Below, in pieces: positions 31,336 through 40,166 of a stretch of DNA of 64,000 bases (positions are counted from its first letter, which is position 1; each line of letters opens with the position of its first letter). The DNA comes from an uncultured Chloroflexia bacterium (GTDB lineage: Bacteria; Chloroflexota; Anaerolineae; Anaerolineales; UBA11579): NCBI GenBank assembly GCA_963797275.1, contig CAWCOT010000006.1:64640-128639 (forward strand), in the 5' to 3' direction. The translations under genes and the position numbers were made by a program. Below the pieces are notes generated by a model that was not told where the DNA came from, made no database searches, and saw nothing but the letters and a program-made list of their open reading frames with translations.

Positions 31336-32016
31336 ATGAAACCAAATCAGTCAGCTTTCTTGCCCGTGATTGCCTTGTTGCTGGCGGCTTGCAGCCCCAG
31401 CGCTAATACTCCAACACCGCCACAAGGGCCACCTGTACAGGCCACGGAAACCAGCAGCCCGACAACCATGCCAACCACCACCAGCGCTTATAACTGGCCG
31501 GAAGGAAGCGGTGCGTGCACGCTGGAAGTCACGCAGGCCACCGATCTGTATTATCGGCCCAGTGCAGACGCCGAAGTCTTCTCCACCCTAAATGTAGGAT
31601 TCAACCAGCCGGTCGGTGAACGCAGCGCAGATGGCTGGGTAGGCTTCGACCCGGGGGTGGCGCAAGCGGCCAACATGGGCATATTCCGTATGCGCTGGGT
31701 TCCCTGGGACGCGGTTTCACTGAGTGGTGATTGCGTTTCTGTGCCGCAGGCCACCTGGGTGCCACAGCCAGACTTGTGCTACAGCATGCCCATGGAAGAA
31801 GTAACGATCTACGAAAGCACCGACAACTCCGGCGATGTGTTGGGCACAATGGAGGTCGGCGATTTCGCCGCTATCGTTGGTTTTACAGATAACGGCTGGG
31901 TGCAGTTGGATTTAGAAGAGGGAAACAGCGGCTTAACTGGCGTGGGTTGGATGCAACAATCCGACCTGAACATGAACGGCGGGCTTTGCGACGAACTGCC
32001 CACGGTGGCGCCATAG
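31336..32016 (+). CDS. Lipoprotein with two SH3b-like repeats
   Basis: LLAAC lipobox and a Pro/Thr-rich linker. Two repeats: VTQATDLYYRPSADAEVFSTL...DGWVGF and VTIYESTDNSGDVLGTMEVGDFAAIVGFTDNGWVQL. Confidence 0.55.
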   Translation: MKPNQSAFLPVIALLLAACSPSANTPTPPQGPPVQATETSSPTTMPTTTSAYNWPEGSGACTLEVTQATDLYYRPSADAEVFSTLNVGFNQPVGERSADGWVGFDPGVAQAANMGIFRMRWVPWDAVSLSGDCVSVPQATWVPQPDLCYSMPMEEVTIYESTDNSGDVLGTMEVGDFAAIVGFTDNGWVQLDLEEGNSGLTGVGWMQQSDLNMNGGLCDELPTVAP

Positions 32017-32093
32017 ACCAGGTTGCGCAAATAGCCATCTAGGCTTATAACCAATTCGCGTGTCAATCTGGTTTGCACCCTAAATAGTCTATT

Positions 32094-33947
32094 TTGTTCC
32101 GCCTGCGTTCACTCCTACTGGGTTCGCCCCTTCCAACTGCCGGCCTGGGACACGAAAAGCTGGGCGTCTTTAAAGCCCTGGCGACTTTCGCCCCCGACGC
32201 GCTTTCATCTATTGCGTATGCCAATCAAGAAATCTTTATAGGACTGGCGGTAGCCGGCTCGGCTGGTTTGGGATTCACGTTTTCCATGGGGGTGGTCATC
32301 ACCATCGTCCTGGCCATCGTGGCCTTTTCGTATCTGCAAACCATCCACGAATACCCAAATGGAGGCGGTTCGTATATCGTCGCCAAAGAAAACCTGGGGG
32401 AATTTGCCGGGCTTTTGGCGGCCGGTTCGCTGATGTTGAACTATCTCCTGGTGGCTGCGGTGAGCCTGACCGCGGGCGTTGAAGCTCTGGCCTCCGCATT
32501 CCCTCTTCTGTGGCCGCATCGCGTCAGCGTGGCGCTGGTTCTGCTGCTAATCCTGACCCTGCTAAACCTGCGCGGCACGCAGGAAACGGGCAGCGTGATG
32601 TCAGTCCCGGTTTATTTGTTCATTGCATCATTTATTGTCATGATCCTGTATGGGCTGGTGAGAACCCAGGCCGAGCCCTCGCTGCCTTTCACTAACAACC
32701 TATTCCCGGCGGCTCAGCCGCTGACGCTGTTAATATTGTTAAGGGCCTTTGCCTCCGGCAGTACCGCCCTTACCGGCGTGGAGGTGATCAGTAACGGCGT
32801 GCCCTCCTTCAAGGCTCCGGAAATCAAGAACGCCAGCATCACTCTGATAGCCATGGCCATTCTGATGGGAGGGCTGTTCCTGGGCACCTTGGGCCTCACC
32901 CAGTATTTCGGCGTGGTGCCCATTGGAGAAGAAACCATTCTGTCGGCCATGTCTCACCATTTTTTTGGGGATAGCCTGGTTTATTACTTTATCCAGATAA
33001 GCACGCTTCTCATCCTGGTGGTAGGTGCTAACTCTGCCTTCGCTGGATTCCCACGCCTGGCGGCCATTCTGGCCGAGCATCGCTATCTTCCCAGGCAACT
33101 CAAGGCGCTGGGTGACCGGCTGGTGTTCGCCAACGGAAATCTGCTGCTGGCCGGGGCCACAGGGCTGCTTATCATCCTCTTCCAGGGAAACAGCCACGCA
33201 TTGATCCCCCTGTTCGCCATTGGCGCGTTCCTGGCGTTCACCTTTTCGCAGGCGGGCATGGTGCGCCACTGGTGGCGTGTGCGCTCCCGAGGCTGGGCCA
33301 GCAAGGCTTTGATCAACGGCGTTGGGGCCCTGACCACTGGCGTGGTGGTACTCATTATGGGCGCAAGCAAATTCACCCAGGGCGCCTGGATCACCCTCGT
33401 CGTCATCCCCTTGTCTGTCCTCCTGTTCCGGCGCGTCAACCATCATTACCGCGTTATCAGCGAAAACCTTTCACTGAAAGGTCTACCCCCCTCGCTCAAG
33501 CCCTACCCCCCCTTGCGTTTCGTGATGCCAATCTCCAGCGTGCATCGCGGCATTTTCCAGGCTGTAGACTTCGCCCGTTCGATCGCGAAAAATCTGGTGG
33601 CGGTTTACATCGAGGTGGAGCCCGGAAGCAGTGAAAAACTGAAGCAGCGCTGGACGGAATGGTTCCCGGATATCCCCTTGTATGTAGAGCCATCGCCTTA
33701 TCGGTCGGTGATCGGTCCGTTCCTGGATTTCCTGGACCGCTACGATATGGAAGCCCACGATGGCACATTGGCTGGGGTGATCTTGCCCGAATTCGTCATT
33801 GAAGGTTTCTGGCCGAACATCTTGCATAACCAACTGGCCTGGTTGATCAAGGTGGCTCTGCTGTATCGCCGCCGCAGGATGGGCTACCAACAAGTGATCG
33901 TGGACATGCCCTTCCACTTGAACAACGATAACAAAGGAGCGGCTTAA
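32094..33947 (+). CDS. kimA: APC-superfamily K+/H+ symporter, KimA-like
   Basis: N-terminus MFRLRSLLLGSPLPT...EKLGVFKALATFAPDALSSIAYANQEI parallels B. subtilis KimA (recalled from memory). 617 aa: 12 TM helices plus a cytoplasmic C-terminal domain. TTG start. Confidence 0.6.
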   Translation: MFRLRSLLLGSPLPTAGLGHEKLGVFKALATFAPDALSSIAYANQEIFIGLAVAGSAGLGFTFSMGVVITIVLAIVAFSYLQTIHEYPNGGGSYIVAKENLGEFAGLLAAGSLMLNYLLVAAVSLTAGVEALASAFPLLWPHRVSVALVLLLILTLLNLRGTQETGSVMSVPVYLFIASFIVMILYGLVRTQAEPSLPFTNNLFPAAQPLTLLILLRAFASGSTALTGVEVISNGVPSFKAPEIKNASITLIAMAILMGGLFLGTLGLTQYFGVVPIGEETILSAMSHHFFGDSLVYYFIQISTLLILVVGANSAFAGFPRLAAILAEHRYLPRQLKALGDRLVFANGNLLLAGATGLLIILFQGNSHALIPLFAIGAFLAFTFSQAGMVRHWWRVRSRGWASKALINGVGALTTGVVVLIMGASKFTQGAWITLVVIPLSVLLFRRVNHHYRVISENLSLKGLPPSLKPYPPLRFVMPISSVHRGIFQAVDFARSIAKNLVAVYIEVEPGSSEKLKQRWTEWFPDIPLYVEPSPYRSVIGPFLDFLDRYDMEAHDGTLAGVILPEFVIEGFWPNILHNQLAWLIKVALLYRRRRMGYQQVIVDMPFHLNNDNKGAA

Positions 33948-33960
33948 GCCGCTCCTTTTG
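33936..33960 (+). terminator. Terminator overlapping the kimA-like stop codon
   Basis: GGAGCGGCttaaGCCGCTCCtttt. Confidence 0.65.
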
Positions 33961-33985
33961 TTACCTGGCATAGAAAGTGGGCTGC

Positions 33986-34531
33986 TCACCTTAAGCGAAA
34001 ATGCCCGATGATGTCGGCATATTGAGCCTCGCGCTCGTTTGAGGGATCCTTGCCACCAAAGGTCAGGAACACCTTGAAAGCGGCGGCACCTTGCTTGTCG
34101 AAGAACTGGAAACTCAAGGCGTCTTTACCATCCGTGTGGCTGGGTTTGCGCACAGCGAAGACAGATTCCAACGCGTAGCTGCGGATATGCATATCCAACG
34201 ATTTGGTTTGAATATTGAAGAAGCCTTGGGAAGTGCCGAACTTGCCAAACTGGCCTACGTTCTCCAGCGTGGTGGCTCCGTTGGAAACAATTACATGCAC
34301 GTGACCAAGAGGCTCAAAGGAACGGATGATTTCTTCCCATTGAGAGAAATCCAGTTCTTTCACCAGATCCTCGGGCATGGCGCGCACCACTTCGACCTCG
34401 GGGACACCCAACTGGCGAGCTAGAAGGAGGACCATTTGCTTCCGATCCTGGTCGAATGCAGCCCGGATGGTTTCCGCGCGCTCGATTTCGTTAAGTCCGG
34501 TCAGGGCGGGCAGGGTTTGCTCTAAAGTCAT
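33986..34531 (-). CDS. ChuX/HutX-like haem-binding/utilisation protein
   Basis: GFFNIQTKSLDMHIRSYALESVFAV...LSFQFFDKQGAAAFKVFL parallels E. coli ChuX GYFNLRGKHGMSGHIKAENCTHIALI...ILFFNKEGSAMLKIFL (recalled from memory). GAGGTG RBS before the ATG at 34531. Confidence 0.6.
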   Translation of the reverse strand: MTLEQTLPALTGLNEIERAETIRAAFDQDRKQMVLLLARQLGVPEVEVVRAMPEDLVKELDFSQWEEIIRSFEPLGHVHVIVSNGATTLENVGQFGKFGTSQGFFNIQTKSLDMHIRSYALESVFAVRKPSHTDGKDALSFQFFDKQGAAAFKVFLTFGGKDPSNEREAQYADIIGHFRLR

Positions 34532-34613
34532 ATGGCGAATCACCTCAGAGCAGAATTCTATGCGAATCCATAGCGCCCAACAACGAGCCGCGTTGAACCC
34601 AATTTTCACCCAC

Positions 34614-35399
34614 TTAGAGGATTTGCAAGAATGCCAGGTTTCTCAACAAGCCTACTTCCAGAAGCACAAACACCAGCATCCCCGAAATTGACAGCATCCC
34701 CAACATATAGAGCCAATCCGCGGTTGAGAAACGCATGCGATGATAATAAGTACGGGTCGGGAAAGCGCCAAAAGCGCGGCCATCCATGGCCAGGGCGGTG
34801 CGCTCCGCGCCGCGGATAGCGCTGGCCAGTAGTGGTACCGCATAGCGGCGCACACGCTCGATGGCGCCGCGCCAGCCATGCACTCCATTAACGCCGCGGA
34901 CGCGCTGGGCAGCCCCAATGACCGACAACTCAGTCTGAAGCATGGGTACAAAGCGAAAAGCCGCCAGGGTACTGTAACCCAGGCGGTAAGGCAAATGCCA
35001 TTGCTGCACTAAGGCACGGATGAAGTCTGCCGAGTCGGTGGTTAGCGAGAAAGGCAGTGATAGGGTTAGCAGCGCCAGCACACGCAGCGATGTGGACAGG
35101 CCTTCCTGCAAGCCACCTTCATAAACCCGGATGGGGCCCCAATCGAAAAGCAAGGGGGTATTCACTACCAGATTCTGGCGCACAGCGAACGGATAAAGCA
35201 TAAAGAAGACGACCGCGATGCCCAGCATCGGTCCAAGGACACGAACTAGTCGCCCAAGCGATATCTTGCCCAGCCACAACATCACGACCAGCGTAAGGAC
35301 AATAAAAGCCAGCGGAGTCCAGGGGTCGGTGGGCAGCAACATGAAGGCAAACAGTACCAGGGTCACCGCGAACTTGCTCAAGGGGTTGAGTCGGTGCAA
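34614..35399 (-). CDS. ECF transporter transmembrane (T) component, YkoC/CbiQ-like
   Basis: Polytopic protein with the conserved Arg-rich coupling helices (AQRVRGV..., SAIRGAERTALAMDGRAF). Confidence 0.8.
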   Translation of the reverse strand: MHRLNPLSKFAVTLVLFAFMLLPTDPWTPLAFIVLTLVVMLWLGKISLGRLVRVLGPMLGIAVVFFMLYPFAVRQNLVVNTPLLFDWGPIRVYEGGLQEGLSTSLRVLALLTLSLPFSLTTDSADFIRALVQQWHLPYRLGYSTLAAFRFVPMLQTELSVIGAAQRVRGVNGVHGWRGAIERVRRYAVPLLASAIRGAERTALAMDGRAFGAFPTRTYYHRMRFSTADWLYMLGMLSISGMLVFVLLEVGLLRNLAFLQIL

Positions 35400-35434
35400 A
35401 AAAAATCGGCCCGATAATAGATGGTCTGCACGAA

Positions 35435-37171
35435 TTAGACCCCTACCGCCCTGGTAAGCGGGGTGGACAAGGCAAGGAAGTCTTCGACGGTTGCCAGGCC
35501 CTGCAGGCGCGGATGTTGTACTGAAAGGAGTGCGGACAGCCTCGCCATTGGCGGCAGATGGAGGTGCGCGCGGGCAAGCAGGTTGGCCTGCTCGAAAAGA
35601 AGTCTCGGTGCCCCATAAAATTCCACCCGCCCATCCAGCATTACCGCCACGCTAGCCGCATATTCGGCAACCACGCGCATGTCGTGCGTGATCATGATCA
35701 CGGTTGTTCCCCTGGCATTCAAGTCTTTCAGCATAGTCATCAACGCCGCCGCGTTCCGCTCATCCTGGCCGAAGGTGGGTTCGTCCAGAATGATGGTTTG
35801 CTGTTCCGCGGCCAGCATGGCCGCCACGCTCAAGCGGCGCTTCTCACCGTGGCTGAGAGTGAAGGGGTTAGCCTCGGCATAACGGGCCAGGCCAAAAGTT
35901 TCTAACAATTGTCGAACACGTGTCTCGACTTCAGCCTCCGGCTTGCCAGCTGCGTGCAGGCCAAAAGCCACCTCGGCGGCCACCTTCTCGGTAACAAATT
36001 GGTGTTCCGGGTTCTGGAACACATAGGCCACTTGTCGGGCAAGTTCCCTGGCGGACTTGCGCTGAATATCCGCGCCTTCCAAAAAGACCTTACCTGGGGG
36101 AGGAGGCAGCAGCCCGACCAAATGACTGGCCAGAGTGCTCTTGCCAGCGCCGTTGGGGCCAACAATGGCTACAAAGTCGCCTTTGTCCACTGTCAGCGAG
36201 ATCCCGTGCAAGACGGGAATGCTGCCGTAATTGAAGGATAGGTCGCGCACTTCAAATAAGGCTGGCTGTGATGTTCTTGTTTTCTCTAACCGGCGTGGCT
36301 GGCTCTTCGTCTGAGGCTCTTTGGCGATAAGCGGTCCCAATACCTTGACCGCTTCGGCCAACGTGATCGGGAATTTGGGCAACTGCGCGCCGCTGGCGCG
36401 CAGTTCGTGAGCCAGTAAACAAACCTGGGGCATCCAGACACCCATGGCGCTTAAGTCGGAAGCATCCCGATCGAAGATCTGGCGCGGTTTGCCATCCGCG
36501 AACACCTGTCCCTGGTCATCCAGCACAACGACGCGGTCGATCAAGTGCATCAACTCATCCAGCTTGTGCTCGATGAGCACCAGCGTGTGACGGCCGCGGG
36601 CCTTTAATTCTGCTAACAGGGCAAAGATCTGTTGGGTGCCTGCCGAGTCCAAATTGGCGGTAGGCTCATCAAACACCAGCACTTCAGGTTGCATAGCCAG
36701 CAAGGCAGCCAGCGCCACGCGTTGTTTCTCGCCTCCGGACAAGGCATAGACGTGCCGCTTGCGAGCGTCCTGCATACCCACTTGTTGGAGGACTTGATCA
36801 ACCTTGGCATCCATACCAACCGGGTTCTGGCGCAAATTCTCCAAGCCAAAAATGATCTCGTCTTCAACCTTCAGGGTGGCGAATTGCGTGTCCGGGTCCT
36901 GAAACAAAATGCTGACCCGTTGGGCCAGCTCGGCGACCGATGCAGCTTGGGTATCCACGCCTGCAACAGAGACGCTCCCACTCAGCACCTGTCCTATAGA
37001 ATGCGGGATCAGGCCGTTGAAAGTCAACGCCAGGCTACTCTTTCCGCAGCCGGACGGGCCTAAGATCAATAAGGTCTCGCCCGCCCGCACCTGCAACGAC
37101 AGGTCGCGCAGCACTGGGCGCTTGCGACCTGGATACTTGACCGTAAGGGCCCGTACATCAATCATGGCCAA
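35435..37171 (-). CDS. Fused double ABC ATPase (EcfA-A' fusion, YkoD-like)
   Basis: Two Walker A sites (GPSGCGKSS, GPNGAGKST) and two signatures (LSGGEKQR, LSHGEKRR) in 578 aa. Confidence 0.9.
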   Translation of the reverse strand: MAMIDVRALTVKYPGRKRPVLRDLSLQVRAGETLLILGPSGCGKSSLALTFNGLIPHSIGQVLSGSVSVAGVDTQAASVAELAQRVSILFQDPDTQFATLKVEDEIIFGLENLRQNPVGMDAKVDQVLQQVGMQDARKRHVYALSGGEKQRVALAALLAMQPEVLVFDEPTANLDSAGTQQIFALLAELKARGRHTLVLIEHKLDELMHLIDRVVVLDDQGQVFADGKPRQIFDRDASDLSAMGVWMPQVCLLAHELRASGAQLPKFPITLAEAVKVLGPLIAKEPQTKSQPRRLEKTRTSQPALFEVRDLSFNYGSIPVLHGISLTVDKGDFVAIVGPNGAGKSTLASHLVGLLPPPPGKVFLEGADIQRKSARELARQVAYVFQNPEHQFVTEKVAAEVAFGLHAAGKPEAEVETRVRQLLETFGLARYAEANPFTLSHGEKRRLSVAAMLAAEQQTIILDEPTFGQDERNAAALMTMLKDLNARGTTVIMITHDMRVVAEYAASVAVMLDGRVEFYGAPRLLFEQANLLARAHLHLPPMARLSALLSVQHPRLQGLATVEDFLALSTPLTRAVGV

Positions 37172-37178
37172 ACTTGAT

Positions 37179-37511
37179 TCAACTTAGGAAAAAGAAGGTG
37201 AAGTCCTGGACCAAGAAAACTGCCAGAATGGAAATCATGATCACGCTAAGCGCCAGATAGCGCCAGCGCCAGGAGGTATTCCATAAATTGACCACATTGT
37301 AAAGAATCAGTCCCAAGGCAAGCATGTCAATGGCAGCGGAAATGCCTACCGAAACTGCGCCGCCCAGCCCAAAGAAGGGCAACACGAATGGAAGCAAAAC
37401 GTACTGCAAGGTGCAGCGTACCGCCACAAAAGCCAGATAACCGCCGGTCAGGCGGTCACTGCGCTTTTGCCGCGCCAAGCTGGGTGTGGCCAACTCAGAT
37501 TTCATCTGCAT
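37179..37511 (-). CDS. Small 3-TM membrane protein of unknown function within the ECF operon
   Basis: Hydrophobic ORF overlapping the end of the S-component gene. Start is uncertain (TTG 37517, ATG 37511 or 37505). Confidence 0.45.
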   Translation of the reverse strand: MQMKSELATPSLARQKRSDRLTGGYLAFVAVRCTLQYVLLPFVLPFFGLGGAVSVGISAAIDMLALGLILYNVVNLWNTSWRWRYLALSVIMISILAVFLVQDFTFFFLS

Positions 37512-38073
37512 TTGCAATTCCCAAGGCAGTGTTGGCTAGCACTCCAGTGCGCGCCACTGCATCTGCCAGGAGCTTGGCTAACCAGGCGCACAGCGCAAAG
37601 GTGACCCCGCACACCAGCACCGCCGCAGTCACCAAGCCGACCTCAAATTGCGTGGTGCGCAGCGAACCCAGGATCAACAAGAACTCGATGAAGCCGCCCA
37701 CGCAGGCTGCCAGCACGAAGCGGCCGGTGGCGAAATTGCGGTAGTGCGTGAATAACCATATGACCAACTCGCCAATCAGGCCGGTCAGCGCGCCGATAAT
37801 CAAAACGATGAAGCCATACCCAAAGGGCAGTACAACCAGGGCGCTGGTAAGGCTCACCAGCAGGATGGAACCTGGCTTGCGAATCACGTAAGCCGCAAAT
37901 GCCGCGGGCAGGAAGTATACGCCGCCTAGTACGGCGCGGGCCAGGATACCCAAGCTAAGCAGCAGGCTATACGCGTAAGTGACCGGAATCAGGAACACGC
38001 CAAATGCGAGACCAATCACAATAGCGATCAGCAGATCGCGTGTACTCCACTTATTTTCAACCTTCTTTACCAT
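37495..38073 (-). CDS. ECF transporter substrate-specific (S) component, YkoE family
   Basis: AAYVIRKPGSILL and C-terminal ARTGVLANTALG match B. subtilis YkoE AAYMIRKPGAAL / AYTGVLNGMALG (recalled from memory). Six hydrophobic helices. Confidence 0.7.
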   Translation of the reverse strand: MVKKVENKWSTRDLLIAIVIGLAFGVFLIPVTYAYSLLLSLGILARAVLGGVYFLPAAFAAYVIRKPGSILLVSLTSALVVLPFGYGFIVLIIGALTGLIGELVIWLFTHYRNFATGRFVLAACVGGFIEFLLILGSLRTTQFEVGLVTAAVLVCGVTFALCAWLAKLLADAVARTGVLANTALGIANADEI

Positions 38074-38748
38074 TCGTTCTCCTCAGAGATAGGATTTTTA
38101 TCATCAAATGCGTTTAATCGCGAAACAGTACCCCTGCTAACTATAGAACACGGATTTAGGAGAATCTAAGCGCGCTATAGGAAGTTATTGACCCAGGCGG
38201 GTGAAAGTTATACTCACTTTGCTTGAAGATGGGGCCATAAATTCTGTAGTTTTGCTCTTAACACCATTTAGGTCCCTTAGAGAAAGCACGAAAATTAGTT
38301 AGATTCCCAAAATGTAAATTTTGCCCGCACAGGCAAGGCCGTTAGTCACCACCAGGTTTTTTAAGCTTGATGGGATCGGGCGTCTAGACACCCTGCGCCT
38401 ATCCTAAGGGCATTCTCTGTGGGGATTATCGGGGGCGGTTCCCCCACCCGTGGGGGTTGTTTCTCAACCTTAGTATCCGCAATTTTTGTTGGCAAATCTT
38501 TAACAGTTTGATTTCTTAAAGAATGTCCTTTTTTTAGGTACGCGTAGGGGAAACCGCATGGTATCAGACCCGAATGGGTTTAGAATCACCCACCTAGCGC
38601 AGGTGTGTGCAATCCGCTAAATCACTACTAGCGAACAATTTAATAGCTTGGAACCGGGGAACCCGGCTTGTTGCCAAACCGCAACAATCTGTTAGTCCCA
38701 TCTACGTGTTTCCCGGTCACACACTTCGCCAGAGGAGGTCTCATCTAT

Positions 38749-40113
38749 ATGAAAGCCGGCCAGGCCTGGCAAGCCGCACTGGGTCAACTTCAGGTGGATA
38801 TGCCCAAGGGCACATTCGACACCTGGGTGCGCGACGCCGAACTGGTGGCTTACGAGGATGGGTCTTTCGTCATCGGGGTCAATAACGCGTATGCCCGCGA
38901 TTGGCTGGAAAGCCGCTTGAAGAGCACTGTCACCCGTCTACTAACTGGCATGATGAACCGCACCGTGGAAGTGCGCTTCGTGGTTTGGCAGGCCGCCCAA
39001 CCACCGGAAAGCCTGGCGGAAGCCGCGCCGGCGGTCGATGACCTCCCGGATCCCATCCAGGATATTGTCGCCCCCAGCAATTCAGGCAGTTTCACGCTCA
39101 ACCCGCGTTACACATTCGAGAATTTCGTGGTTGGCTCCAGCAACCGATTAGCGCACGCTGCGTCGCTGGCTGTGGCCGAGAACCCTGCGCGGGCCTATAA
39201 CCCGCTGTTCCTGTATGGGCGCGTCGGCCTGGGCAAGACGCATCTGCTGCGCGCTATCGGCAACACAGCAGTGCAGCGCGGATTACAGGTGCTTTACGTT
39301 TCCTCCGAAGAGTTCACAAATGATTTGGTGCATGCTATACGCACCCACACCACCCAGGCTTTTCGCGACAAATACCGCACCACAGATGTTCTACTCATTG
39401 ACGACATTCAATTCATCGCCGGCAAAGAGTCGACCCAGGAGGAATTCTTCCACACTTTCAACACCCTGCATGGACAGAACAAACAAATCGTAATGACCTC
39501 AGATCGTTCTCCTAAGGGTTTGATGACCCTGGAAGACCGGCTACGCTCGCGCTTCGAATGGGGATTGATCGCCGACATCCAGTCTCCCGACTACGAAACG
39601 CGGCTGGCCATCTTGCGTACCAATGTGGAACGCATCGGTAAGACTGTAGACCCGGCGGTGCTGGAAACAATCGCTCATCGCATGCAATCCAACATTCGCG
39701 AACTGGAAGGGGCGCTAAACCGTATCATCGCCTACGCGTATCTGCGTGGTGTGGCGCTCACCCCCGATCTGGTAGAGAACGCCCTGGCAGACCTGGTTCC
39801 GGAGCCGCAACCCTTGCAGCCCGAACAGCTTGCACAGGCAGTAGGCACGGCCTTCGGTTTTTCCATGGAGCGGCTCCTTTCACGCGATCGCTCCGCCGAA
39901 GTGGCCCTGGCTCGCCAGGTTGCCATGTACTTATTGCGCGAGGAGGCGCAGCTATCGCTACCCGCCATCGGCGAACTGCTGGGTGGCCGCGACCATACCA
40001 CTGTGATGCATGGCTGCCAGAAAGTGGCCGACCTGCTGGAGCAGGACGAGCGCTTGCGCCGCCAGGTCTCGAGTTTGCGAGAACAGCTATACGGTGAACG
40101 CGTCAGGCTTTAA
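38749..40113 (+). CDS. dnaA: Chromosomal replication initiator DnaA
   Basis: WQAALGQLQ N-terminus, GRVGLGKTHLL Walker A, LLIDDIQF, and the C-terminal DNA-binding region (VALARQVAMYLLRE...IGELLGGRDHTTVMH). AGAGGAGG RBS before the ATG at 38749. Confidence 0.95.
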   Translation: MKAGQAWQAALGQLQVDMPKGTFDTWVRDAELVAYEDGSFVIGVNNAYARDWLESRLKSTVTRLLTGMMNRTVEVRFVVWQAAQPPESLAEAAPAVDDLPDPIQDIVAPSNSGSFTLNPRYTFENFVVGSSNRLAHAASLAVAENPARAYNPLFLYGRVGLGKTHLLRAIGNTAVQRGLQVLYVSSEEFTNDLVHAIRTHTTQAFRDKYRTTDVLLIDDIQFIAGKESTQEEFFHTFNTLHGQNKQIVMTSDRSPKGLMTLEDRLRSRFEWGLIADIQSPDYETRLAILRTNVERIGKTVDPAVLETIAHRMQSNIRELEGALNRIIAYAYLRGVALTPDLVENALADLVPEPQPLQPEQLAQAVGTAFGFSMERLLSRDRSAEVALARQVAMYLLREEAQLSLPAIGELLGGRDHTTVMHGCQKVADLLEQDERLRRQVSSLREQLYGERVRL

Positions 40114-40166
40114 TGGCAGAGGGCGGGTCTCCACTCGCCCAATCAGTGCTTTCCCTCTTCTTTCGC

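Noticed and set aside
38074-38330. Possible TPP riboswitch in the leader of the YkoE-type ECF operon (minus strand). AGGGGTAC and ACCCGCCTGGGTCAATAAC resemble fragments of the thi-box.
   Set aside because: The fragments are in the wrong order, and the conserved CTGAGA...ACCTGATCTGGATAATGCCAGCG core is absent. By eye this is not a TPP riboswitch. A covariance-model scan would be decisive.
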